Shown here piece after piece: positions 1 through 8,592 of a stretch of 39,926 nucleotides of DNA. The notes under the pieces were generated by a model that had not been told where the DNA came from, made no database searches, and worked only from the letters and a program-made list of their open reading frames with translations. How positions within the stretch are numbered: the first letter of the stretch is position 1; each line of letters starts with the position of its first letter. The translations under genes were made by a program, and so were the position numbers. This stretch comes from Candidatus Nomurabacteria bacterium RIFCSPHIGHO2_01_FULL_37_25 (GTDB lineage: Bacteria > Patescibacteriota > Minisyncoccia > Phycocordibacterales > UBA9973), in NCBI GenBank assembly GCA_001786765.1, contig MFTH01000013.1, positions 85,974 to 125,899 on the forward strand, given 5' to 3'.

Positions 1-289
1 TGATTTTATTTTCGCGTCTTTTCCAGATATACAGTTTATCTTGTATGAAATAAGTGAATCCTGCCTCAATCATATTGAGAAAAGGTTTGTTATTTGGTCG
101 ATAGCGGGCAAGGGCTACCGCGAGCGCCGCCACAGCTAAAATAGGTATAGCGCCTAAATACCATCCCAGTAGCTTGTAAAGCACAAAACATAAACCGCCT
201 CCGCCCGCCAAATACACAAATTCTTTGAAGGTGAATGGGCCAAAGATTTTGTCTTCTATGTCTAAAAATTGTGGTACTTTGAATTGCAT
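1..289 (-). CDS. PrgI-family membrane protein (VirB3-like), truncated by window edge
   Basis: Manual translation from ATG at 289: MQFKVPQFLDIEDKIFGPFTFKEFVYLAGGGGLCFVLYKLLGWYLGAIPILAVAALAVALARYRPNNKPF... The VPQ-x-I/L-x-x-E-x-K-I-x-GP-x-T motif followed by two TM helices is typical of PrgI. Not in the supplied ORF track. Confidence 0.85.
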   Translation of the reverse strand, partial: MQFKVPQFLDIEDKIFGPFTFKEFVYLAGGGGLCFVLYKLLGWYLGAIPILAVAALAVALARYRPNNKPFLNMIEAGFTYFIQDKLYIWKRRENKI

Positions 290-410
290 CCCGTTAGAGA
301 TAGGAAATCTTTAGATTTCCGTTGAATTAATTATTTTTAATATTTTTTTTAAACCCATCATAATATTTTTTACTTTATTTATTATTTTTTAATATTGATC
401 TCTAACGGGA
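289..410. mobile_element. MITE-like element, copy 1 (122 bp)
   Basis: Perfect 13-bp terminal inverted repeat TCCCGTTAGAGAT/ATCTCTAACGGGA, flanked by TGCA (285-288, 411-414). Homologous to 35600-35675. Confidence 0.8.
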
Positions 411-419
411 TGCATAATT

Positions 420-1097
420 TTATTCCGGAATCTCTCTATAAGGGTCAACTTTATTCTTTTGGACTGTTTCATTTTGCGCTGAAGGTTGGATGTTCGGCAA
501 GGAGTATTCGGTTTTTATTATCGGAATCTGGACAGGGCTAGATAATTTTTGTGACAATATCATGGGCAGGTTAGGAATTGGCAATGTTTCTTTATTTTCT
601 CCGCCTGCTCCCTGCCAGCTCTCTTTAGAGGGCAGGCTGGCCTGCCCTCCGGGAGGGCTGGTATGGATAATTTTTATACCAGCGGAATTTAATATTTTAG
701 TATCGTTTGTATCTTTTGCTTTACTTGCCTCATTACTCATCTCATTTTTTTGGAATAATTTTTTTCTTTCAGTATTTTTTATAAATTCCTCCCGTATTTT
801 TTTAAAAACCAAATCGTTCATTTCATTCATTAATTCATTTACAGCTGCAGGTGATATTCCCATTCTTTTTTCTAATTCTTTTGGATAATCCTCTGGACTG
901 ACAAGTCCACAAAGCACTAATTCTGTCTCAAGCTCCAGGTCGCCTAATTGCTCAAAATTGTATCCATGCTTGTCTCTCATTCCTAAAATAGCCACTCTCC
1001 AATCAATAGCATTTATAGCGTTGAGAGTTTCTACTGGAAGTTCCCTTTTTGCTGTTTCTATTTTTATTTTTAGTAAATCTACTGTATCGTTATTCAT
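420..1097 (-). CDS. Hypothetical protein (helical domain plus low-complexity tail ending DPYREIPE)
   Basis: ORF 420..1247; start moved to MNNDTVDLL (1097) to avoid overlap with 1129..1551. N-terminal domain is paralogous to 1129..1551. Confidence 0.75.
   Translation of the reverse strand: MNNDTVDLLKIKIETAKRELPVETLNAINAIDWRVAILGMRDKHGYNFEQLGDLELETELVLCGLVSPEDYPKELEKRMGISPAAVNELMNEMNDLVFKKIREEFIKNTERKKLFQKNEMSNEASKAKDTNDTKILNSAGIKIIHTSPPGGQASLPSKESWQGAGGENKETLPIPNLPMILSQKLSSPVQIPIIKTEYSLPNIQPSAQNETVQKNKVDPYREIPE
599..666. repeat. GC-rich palindromic in-frame insertion (family D)
   Basis: Perfect 10-bp inverted repeat GAGGGCAGGC-TG-GCCTGCCCTC (628-649). Shares CCGYCTGCTCCCT...AGAGGGC with 25147-25180. 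Encodes HTSPPGGQASLPSKESWQGAGG. Confidence 0.6.
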
Positions 1098-1128
1098 ATT
1101 TTTTTTTCTTATATTTCTAATTTGTCTT

Positions 1129-1551
1129 TTATGATTTATTCCTTTCTTCCATAAAAACCGAATAATCCCCGCCAGAAAGAATGAAATTAAGGTTTTGTTC
1201 TGCGTTCGGATTTCTGTTGGGCATATTTTTCTTGATATTTTCTTCAAAAGTGTTATTTATTGGTGTAAATATTTTTTGAAATATTTCTTCAGATATTTTT
1301 TTTGCTTCGTCCTTACTTGTTCCTACTTCGTCCTCAATATTGCCGGCGTACGCATCTTCATCAACCAGACCGAGCAAGAAAGAAGCCGTTTCTAATTGAA
1401 GAGTTTCTATTTCATTTTCATTAAGTAAATATTTTCTACCTATTTCTTCAGACATTTTCTCCCAATAAAAAGAATTTATCGCATCCCGCATTTCTTTTGG
1501 TAGACTCAACATTTCTTCTCCTATTAAATTTTTTGATTTTTCAGTTATCAT
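1129..1551 (-). CDS. Hypothetical protein, tandem paralog of 420..1097
   Basis: LPKEMRDAINSFYW...LQLETASFLLGLV aligns by eye with LPVETLNAINAIDW...LELETELVLCGLV. Confidence 0.75.
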   Translation of the reverse strand: MITEKSKNLIGEEMLSLPKEMRDAINSFYWEKMSEEIGRKYLLNENEIETLQLETASFLLGLVDEDAYAGNIEDEVGTSKDEAKKISEEIFQKIFTPINNTFEENIKKNMPNRNPNAEQNLNFILSGGDYSVFMEERNKS

Positions 1552-1556
1552 AAGTT

Positions 1557-3845
1557 TTATTTTTTATCTTCTATTTTTGATTCCATTATTATTGCATGCG
1601 CAGCTTCTCTACTAGCGTTACTGCCTAAATCAAAACCATTCGTAATACCTAAAGTGCCCCACTTTGTAAGATTTTTTGACCAACGATTTATTTTATTTGT
1701 TCTATAAGCAAAAGCAACTCTTCGCCTTCTATTTTCGGTTTCTATGTCATGTTTTCTATCTCTAATTTCAATATCTTCCATATAGTCTATAGTTCTAGCA
1801 TGTTTTACTCCAGCTGAGTCAGTATAAGTTCCAACATTTACGCTTGCGTAATCTTTTTGATTAGTTGTTGTTGTTGCTCCAGTATTTATATCTATATCTC
1901 CGGCGTAATTTGCTCCAGTTTTTAGCGCTTTCTTTCTGTTCTTGTAGTTGTTTAAGTCGCGTCCAGCCTTTTCTGCTTGAGGAGAGTTTCCACCAAATTG
2001 TGCGTTCGCATCAGAAAGTGCTTGCCTTCTTACGGTGATTAATTTATCAAGATCTGACAACTCTTTAGAGTTTGCGTTTAACAATCCCTGTAAGTCTGCT
2101 TCTGTCTTATTTAATTTTTGTTTCAATCCCTCATCCGCTCGAACCCCAAGTTCGTCTGCTCTTTTCTTTTCTTTTTCTACCTTTTCTTTATTTTTTTGTT
2201 CAATACTACGAATTGGTCCTCCCATAGACATACCAGTTTTGGACGCAAAAGTTTTTCCAAGACCTGTTGCTCTAATATCAAAGCTACTCTGTTGGGTAGC
2301 CTTGCCAACACTTGTTAATCCACTAGCTAATTTATTAACCCCCAGTCTATTCCCCCACTTGCCCATTTTACTCCCAACCCAATTTGTTCCTGTCGCCGCT
2401 TTATTAGCAACAAACCCTCCAGCTCCACCAATAGCTCCTCGAGCAAGCAACGCCGTTCCACCCGTCGCCACGCCCAAGGCAACTCCCCCAGCTATCTTTG
2501 CGCCTGCTAACAGCACTTCCCCAAACTGCCCCCCTCCTTTCTTGGCGAACTGAGTTGCTTTAAGAAGCATAGACATGACTATTATCGCTGGTATTAAGAT
2601 GCCCAAGATAGCTCCTAATATTGTTGTTGTTGCCCCTCTAGAAAATATTGGTTTTACTCCCCCTCCATGTTCATATATGTGCGGTAACAACATAAATATG
2701 AGGTATATAAAGAACATAAAGATTGGCGCCATAAATGCTGTTGAAATCAAACGTTTAAACCAAGCATCCCAGCCTAGATATTCAATACTTGCAAACTTTG
2801 GCACAGTCCACGACATAAAAGCAAAAGGAGAGAATATGATCAATACCCAAAGTTCAAGTAATCTTCCTATAAACATTAGCCCAGAGACAAAAAAGGCGTA
2901 CGCGGCAAAAAGCATAATACCTCCAGCAAACAACATTATTCCAAGCGTTAAGGAAAAAGAGAGATTATTTTCTTCTGTAACTTTACCATCAACTATGTTT
3001 GTTTTTAGTAGTTTTATATTTTTGTCTGTTATTAATCGAGTGGCGTCAAAAGTTTTCCACATTGCGCCGGATATGTCTTTTCCCCCATTGAGCGCAGCGT
3101 CTGTCGGTACAGCTATTCCATCTGTGCTTGTTACCTCAACATCTACTCTATTATAAAAAATTAAAGCTAGAATATTTGAAGAATCAATAACTACTTTCGT
3201 GAAAAACATAGAGAAGTTTATAAGCAAAGCTATAATTATCACTTTAGCTATCATTTGTTTAACTTCATGTCCCCCTAGACCCAAAATGGTTCGAATAGCT
3301 ATATAAAGTAAGATAAGTATAAAGAAAATATTTGAAAGGTCTCTAATGACCGCCCAGGCCGCAGGGATGAAACCCGAATCACTTGTCACGGTGCTTTTTA
3401 TTCCAAGATCAATCATAACATCAAAAAACTGCGCTGATAACCACAGAAACAAGGAAGGAATTTGAAAAAAAAAGTTGTAAGAAATCTTTAATAAACATCC
3501 GTTAAACCAAGTAGGAGGCCAGTAGTCGCAATCAAGGTTATTAATTTGCCTTTCAAAGGGAGTACTACCTGCAGGTGTTGCCGCCGCCGCTGCTTCTTGA
3601 GCAGCTTTATCTCTCTCCGCTTCTGGGAGTGTTTCAAACCATCGCCCTCCTCCATTTGTGCAAGTACTGTTCTTAACTTCAGCAGCTATCTCTATTTTTT
3701 TTCCTCTTATAAAATTATAACTAGAAGTCACACAAAATCCTTTTAAGTCTTCTTGCGCATTCACCTGCGCCAGCGGACTAAAAAGTCCGACTAGGATGAT
3801 GAACATCAGGCAGTACGGGATTATTTTTTTGATTTGCTTGCTCAT
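1557..3845 (-). CDS. Polytopic membrane protein, VirB6/TrbL-like T4SS component
   Basis: Signal peptide; WAVIRDLSNIFFILILLYIAIRTILG; about 8 TM helices; GRLLELWVLIIFSPFAF; Gly/Ala-rich segment then coiled coil. Lies upstream of prgI. Confidence 0.65.
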   Translation of the reverse strand: MSKQIKKIIPYCLMFIILVGLFSPLAQVNAQEDLKGFCVTSSYNFIRGKKIEIAAEVKNSTCTNGGGRWFETLPEAERDKAAQEAAAAATPAGSTPFERQINNLDCDYWPPTWFNGCLLKISYNFFFQIPSLFLWLSAQFFDVMIDLGIKSTVTSDSGFIPAAWAVIRDLSNIFFILILLYIAIRTILGLGGHEVKQMIAKVIIIALLINFSMFFTKVVIDSSNILALIFYNRVDVEVTSTDGIAVPTDAALNGGKDISGAMWKTFDATRLITDKNIKLLKTNIVDGKVTEENNLSFSLTLGIMLFAGGIMLFAAYAFFVSGLMFIGRLLELWVLIIFSPFAFMSWTVPKFASIEYLGWDAWFKRLISTAFMAPIFMFFIYLIFMLLPHIYEHGGGVKPIFSRGATTTILGAILGILIPAIIVMSMLLKATQFAKKGGGQFGEVLLAGAKIAGGVALGVATGGTALLARGAIGGAGGFVANKAATGTNWVGSKMGKWGNRLGVNKLASGLTSVGKATQQSSFDIRATGLGKTFASKTGMSMGGPIRSIEQKNKEKVEKEKKRADELGVRADEGLKQKLNKTEADLQGLLNANSKELSDLDKLITVRRQALSDANAQFGGNSPQAEKAGRDLNNYKNRKKALKTGANYAGDIDINTGATTTTNQKDYASVNVGTYTDSAGVKHARTIDYMEDIEIRDRKHDIETENRRRRVAFAYRTNKINRWSKNLTKWGTLGITNGFDLGSNASREAAHAIIMESKIEDKK

Positions 3846-3901
3846 TCTTAATTTATTTTACCTTTTCTACCCAACAACGAATTCATTTACTGCCAAACTT
3901 T

Positions 3902-6106
3902 CTAGTCTCTAACTATAATATTGATAGTAACAGTTGCAGAGGGCGTAGCCGAATCGTTTATTTCAACCCAAGTATTACGATTTTCATTTGCGGCAGTGAT
4001 GGTAAAAGTATTACCGGTAAGCTTTGATGATTTTAGTTTATGAAAGTCACCTGCCCTAAGTCCTAGCGTATAAGGTTCCGTGCCGCCTGATATGGTCACG
4101 CTCGCCGTCTGGTTTTCATGAATAGAAATATAGCTTGACGGACTAACTACCAAGGTCGTCGGCGCGTCAGTTACTGTAATTGTGGCGCTTGCTTGTTTTT
4201 CTGGTGTGGATGAATCTTTGATAATCACTCCCATTTGTTCATTACTTGTGACTCCAGTAATTATTAATTGTGATGAATCAGTTTCAGAAATTTTTACAGT
4301 TGCTCCCACGCCTGATACATTTTCTATAGAATAAGGTCTTGTTCCGCCGTCTATGATTACAGTTTTCTCTTCTCCGACAGCGACGGAAATATCTTGTTGG
4401 ATATTTAATTCTTCTTGGCTTGTTATTCTAATATCAACTCTTTTTTCTTCACCTAGAGAATCTTTTATTATGACAAAAGTTTCACCTTCATTAACACCGC
4501 TTATTACTAAAGAATTAGAAGCAAAGGTTGCTATCGCGATGTTTTGATTAGGATATGCGCTTATGTTATAAGGTCCCGTTCCCCCATCTATTCTTGCGCT
4601 GAAGATATTACTGACGCTGGTTGATATACAAGCATTATCGACATCAATCGTTGATGTACAGTTTGTTGGGATTATTGCCAGCGCTCCGATAGCATTTACT
4701 TCAATTCTAATTGAAGCTGTGATTTCTGAATCAGAGGAATCTTCGATTGTGACTTCGGTGGTGCCTGGAGCGACGCCTGTAACTGAAAGTTTTGTTCCAG
4801 AGGCGCCAGAAGAATCAATTTTAGCGGTTGCTATTCCCGAGTCTGGCGCAGTTTTTATATTATAATCTCCAGAGCCACCAGATATAGGCGCGCTAGTTGT
4901 TTGCCCGACTCTTATAGAAACATTTGTTGGGATGTTTAAGGTTGCCGGCGCGTCGCTGGGGTAGTCGTCTAGTGTTACTGGGTCGCCTAGAGGGTCGTCA
5001 TAGCTCCAATTGTCGCTTCCTCTACCGCCTTCACCACCTCCACTGAATGCATCTGAAAGTGAATTCAAGCCTACTTCTAAGAACTTACCTAATAGCGCGT
5101 CAAAAATAGCCGCCAAGCTGTTGCCTATAGCGCCGTCAAGCGCAGTTTGCAGAAAAGGAGTTTCTAACGCGCTGAATACTTGGTTTGCCGCCACAGATCC
5201 GGGGGTGGTGTTTACTAAACGCGGACAATAATTTTCCTTTTCCCATTCTTCGGCTGCTTTATTATATCTATTCATGAAATCATCGTTAGATTCGCCTGGG
5301 TCCATGGTTGGTCCTTTGAATTTTGGTCTTACAAATTCGTTTATGCCATTGTTATATTTTGGATTGTCCGGACATGTTTGTGGCGACAAAAAGCCCATTC
5401 CTTGCTGTAATGCGTCGCGCACTTTCTCCGCCGGCGCTTGGAATACCCCTTCTAGTCGGCTTGCCAGATTTTCTTGTACTATCATCTGGAATCCTAAATA
5501 ATTATTTTGCGGATATTGGGTATTTATCAAAAATCCATTCCATCCTCCGTAATTGAAATCGTTCCTGTATCTAACCAATAAATCAGGGTCATTTATGACT
5601 TTACTTAAAGTGTATTGGCTATTTTCATAAAGTTGGCTTTTATAACTGTCTATTACACCTAGCGCGGTTTCTCGGCCGAAAGGAAAGTGAAAAGTGTCAT
5701 AGCCTATCATATCCACTAAATTCCTAACTTCATTTTTTGCTATGTCTTTAAAGAAAGAGTCTGGGTTTTCTAGGAAAAGGGGCGCTCCGTGAAAACCAGA
5801 GTTTATCCAGTTTATTGTGGATTGAGTCATTTCCGCTAAAAGTCTTTTTGCTATCATTTTAAGAATTTGTTCAAGAACTGTTTGCGCCCAGTCTTTGAGA
5901 GTAGTAGCGGTATTTGTGAGTGTTGAAGCCAGGTTCAGTTTTTCAAGAGCTGCAGTTAAAGCAGTTTTGATTCTAACAACAATATCATCCACTAGTACCC
6001 CCTGCGCTTCCGCTTGTTTGGGTCTAGAAAGTAAAACATTCGGCAACAATATTGAGATTATCAATATAAAGGAGATAAGTTTTGTTGTTTTGTTTTCTTT
6101 ACTCAT
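3902..6106 (-). CDS. Secreted/surface protein with C-terminal Ig-like beta-sandwich repeats
   Basis: Signal peptide ending PKQAEA; helical N-terminal half; four ~85-aa repeats carrying ISGGSGDY, IDGGTGPY, IDGGTRPY and ISGGTEPY. Confidence 0.75.
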   Translation of the reverse strand: MSKENKTTKLISFILIISILLPNVLLSRPKQAEAQGVLVDDIVVRIKTALTAALEKLNLASTLTNTATTLKDWAQTVLEQILKMIAKRLLAEMTQSTINWINSGFHGAPLFLENPDSFFKDIAKNEVRNLVDMIGYDTFHFPFGRETALGVIDSYKSQLYENSQYTLSKVINDPDLLVRYRNDFNYGGWNGFLINTQYPQNNYLGFQMIVQENLASRLEGVFQAPAEKVRDALQQGMGFLSPQTCPDNPKYNNGINEFVRPKFKGPTMDPGESNDDFMNRYNKAAEEWEKENYCPRLVNTTPGSVAANQVFSALETPFLQTALDGAIGNSLAAIFDALLGKFLEVGLNSLSDAFSGGGEGGRGSDNWSYDDPLGDPVTLDDYPSDAPATLNIPTNVSIRVGQTTSAPISGGSGDYNIKTAPDSGIATAKIDSSGASGTKLSVTGVAPGTTEVTIEDSSDSEITASIRIEVNAIGALAIIPTNCTSTIDVDNACISTSVSNIFSARIDGGTGPYNISAYPNQNIAIATFASNSLVISGVNEGETFVIIKDSLGEEKRVDIRITSQEELNIQQDISVAVGEEKTVIIDGGTRPYSIENVSGVGATVKISETDSSQLIITGVTSNEQMGVIIKDSSTPEKQASATITVTDAPTTLVVSPSSYISIHENQTASVTISGGTEPYTLGLRAGDFHKLKSSKLTGNTFTITAANENRNTWVEINDSATPSATVTINIIVRD

Positions 6107-6156
6107 TTTTATTAGTTATTATACCTTTTTCTGCGTGGCAATAAAACCTTTTTCTG

Positions 6157-7095
6157 TTATTGGGATAATTTTTGACTAACTGCTGTGAATAAATTACCCA
6201 AAGATGACTCTAGTTGATTTACATTTTTTTGATAATTGCTTATTCCGCCTAATGTCATTATAGGATCGCTATCATATAATCTGATATCGCTTAGATTTTC
6301 TATTATTCTTTCGTGTGAATTTATTACCTTTAAGTGTAAATCTGAAATAGATTGTGGCACTCTTGTTTTTATCAATTCTTCCATTACTTTATTCATGTTT
6401 TTAATGATAGGATCAAGTTTTGCTAAAACGCTGGCATCAACATTGTCTTCATCAACGATAAATTCTTGAAGCACATCAAGCACAGTATAATTTATTCCTG
6501 AATTTTTTGTATAAATACTATTCAAAGCATCGTTATAATTTTTAAAAGCCTGAACAGTATCGTTGTTTACCACTTTTACATCAAAAATTGAAAATACTTT
6601 TCTAGGTGGAGAATTTTGCACTTTCTCTGCCAAGGAGCTGGTTAATTTTTCTATTGAGGCTTCGTTCACAGCTCCATTTTGGCTAGCTGACACGATAGTC
6701 GCAAAAAGTTCTCTGGAGAATCTTTCAGTCGCTGTCAGGTTTTCCGTGTCTGAATTTATTTTTTCTATTGTTCCTGCCAGGTCTGCTTTTGTATCTTTTA
6801 ATTTTTCTATCGCCACACTGTCCGGTGTTCCGGGTGTGGTTTCTTTTTTCGTTGGGTCAAGCCCAAACAAACCTTCTTGCCAATCCGGCACTTTGTCGCC
6901 ATCAGCATCTTTAGTTACTAAATCTTCCAGAGTCAAATCGCCATAAATCAATCCACTTTCTTTATTATTTTTTTGATATGTTTCGGTATTTTCAAATGTC
7001 GGCATTATTTTTAGGAAAAAAAGCGCAGTAAGAAAAAGTACCGCCAGAACGATCCAAAGTGTCTTTTTATGTTTTAACCAAATATTCTTAATTAT
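6157..7095 (-). CDS. Membrane-anchored protein with Asp-rich thrombospondin-type-3-like Ca-binding motif
   Basis: DADGDKVPDWQEGLFGLDP motif. The frame stays open 30 codons upstream of ATG 7005, encoding a TM helix (TLWIVLAVLFLTALFFL) and starting at ATA 7095. Start position uncertain. Confidence 0.7.
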   Translation of the reverse strand: MIKNIWLKHKKTLWIVLAVLFLTALFFLKIMPTFENTETYQKNNKESGLIYGDLTLEDLVTKDADGDKVPDWQEGLFGLDPTKKETTPGTPDSVAIEKLKDTKADLAGTIEKINSDTENLTATERFSRELFATIVSASQNGAVNEASIEKLTSSLAEKVQNSPPRKVFSIFDVKVVNNDTVQAFKNYNDALNSIYTKNSGINYTVLDVLQEFIVDEDNVDASVLAKLDPIIKNMNKVMEELIKTRVPQSISDLHLKVINSHERIIENLSDIRLYDSDPIMTLGGISNYQKNVNQLESSLGNLFTAVSQKLSQ

Positions 7096-7130
7096 GGTTT
7101 AATTATATCATTAATAATATGTCAAACGCT

Positions 7131-7191
7131 AGGTCGTTCAGACTCCCTCGGGGCTGAGGACTCGGGACGAACGCCTGAGGTCTTCAGACTC
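7131..7191. other. GC-rich structured intergenic element between divergent genes
   Basis: Possible pairings GGTC..AGAC/GTCT..GACT, TCCCTCG/TGAGGA and CTCGGG/CCTGAG inside AT-rich DNA. Confidence 0.4.
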
Positions 7192-7238
7192 GATGAGTTT
7201 TTGTGTTGATATTTTTATGAGTTTTGTGATTTTCTATA

Positions 7239-7247
7239 TGTTATAAT
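7239..7247 (+). promoter_or_regulatory. Extended -10 promoter (TGtTATAAT), leaderless
   Basis: TATAAT at 7242-7247, 6 nt before ATG 7254. Confidence 0.65.
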
Positions 7248-7253
7248 CTAGCA

Positions 7254-8531
7254 ATGAAACGACTTTACCCACTTTTTCTTGTTGTATTTTTATTTTCTTT
7301 CAAGACTGTTTTTGCAGTTTCTGTAAATATTTCCGATTGCGCTATTACTTCTACATTAAGATTGGGTTCTAGAGGTTCTGAAGTTATGTGTCTACAAGAC
7401 AAGCTAAAGCTTTCTTCTGTGGATGGTATATTTGGTCCACTGACCAAAATAGCAGTTAAAGCTTTTCAATCAAGTAAAGGACTAGTAGTTGATGGAATAG
7501 TTGGACCTCTCTCTAGCAAGGCGCTTGGTGTTGCTGTGAAAAACAGCGTAAATTATCCAGTAGGTTGCACTTCTACTACAGGGTACAGTCCGACAACTGG
7601 CATAAAGTGTGACGGTAGTTCTAATCTAACAATTTCAAATCCTGGAACAAACAACTCTGATTCGTCTGCTAATAACGAAGTTAAGGTGATTATTCCCAAA
7701 GTTCAACCCCCGAAGGTTTTTAGCGTTTCTCCAGAAAAAGTGCGATCCGGAGATATTGTAAAAATTTACGGTGAGAATTTTTCACTTACTGGCAATACTG
7801 TCCGTCTTAGATATGGACATATCGAGGCTAGGTTTGAAAATTTATCTTCTAGTGATGGAAAAGTTATATCATTTGTGTTTCAACCGCCAGAAGTGAAAAC
7901 TATGAATAAAGAAGAATTGTTGGATTTGCCCTCCACGGCTTTGAATAAAATTTTGGATCCAATAAAAGCAGCTGGTGGTTCTATTGATGATATTTTGATT
8001 CCTTATAGAAATATGAAAAACGAAGATGACTTACGACAATTTTTAAATAATAATGGTCACAATTTTGATGAATTATACGGTAAGTTTTATGTGACAATTG
8101 AAAATGTGTACGGTCAGGGTTCTTCGGATAAGGCAATTTTGGCGGGGTTGCGAAAACTATCATTTGGTTCTAATTTAGTAATTTCAGAACAGAAAAATTT
8201 TTTGAAAAAGATTTTTTCTTTGCTTGAAGTTTTTGCGCCGAGAAAAGCTTATGCGCTGTTAGGGCAGGGAGGCGTGAATAGTGGCATTATTACGGAGTGT
8301 ACTTGTGGACCAGGATATATAACATTTATGACTGATAATCGTGGAGTAGGGACTAATTTTTATTGGTGGGCTCCTGGATATGTTCCCAGGACTGGAAATC
8401 CTGTGCTTCCTGGACCTAACCAACTCGGTTGGTTTATTCCAAATGTTGCCCAATGTTGGATGGAGGCTGGACCCATTTGTTTTCCCATCGTGGCCAATGT
8501 CGTTGGTATTCAATGGGGTCAATGGCCTTAG
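7254..8531 (+). CDS. Secreted peptidoglycan-binding protein with IPT/TIG-like and Cys-rich C-terminal domains
   Basis: Signal peptide; PG_binding_1 signature LRLGSRGSEVMCLQ...VDGIFGPLTKIAVKAFQ...VDGIVGP; PKVFSVSP...GDIVKIYGENF (IPT-like); CTC...C...C tail. Confidence 0.8.
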   Translation: MKRLYPLFLVVFLFSFKTVFAVSVNISDCAITSTLRLGSRGSEVMCLQDKLKLSSVDGIFGPLTKIAVKAFQSSKGLVVDGIVGPLSSKALGVAVKNSVNYPVGCTSTTGYSPTTGIKCDGSSNLTISNPGTNNSDSSANNEVKVIIPKVQPPKVFSVSPEKVRSGDIVKIYGENFSLTGNTVRLRYGHIEARFENLSSSDGKVISFVFQPPEVKTMNKEELLDLPSTALNKILDPIKAAGGSIDDILIPYRNMKNEDDLRQFLNNNGHNFDELYGKFYVTIENVYGQGSSDKAILAGLRKLSFGSNLVISEQKNFLKKIFSLLEVFAPRKAYALLGQGGVNSGIITECTCGPGYITFMTDNRGVGTNFYWWAPGYVPRTGNPVLPGPNQLGWFIPNVAQCWMEAGPICFPIVANVVGIQWGQWP

Positions 8532-8592
8532 TTTTAATAGTTGTTGAATTGAATTACTAGGTCTAAGCTGTGAGATTTTGTTTAATAATTTC

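Noticed and set aside
285-414. Invertible promoter switch upstream of prgI (17-bp inverted repeat)
   Set aside because: The extra symmetry comes from the palindromic TGCA duplication. The second copy has a direct TGGA duplication, which favours insertion. Not fully excluded without read data.
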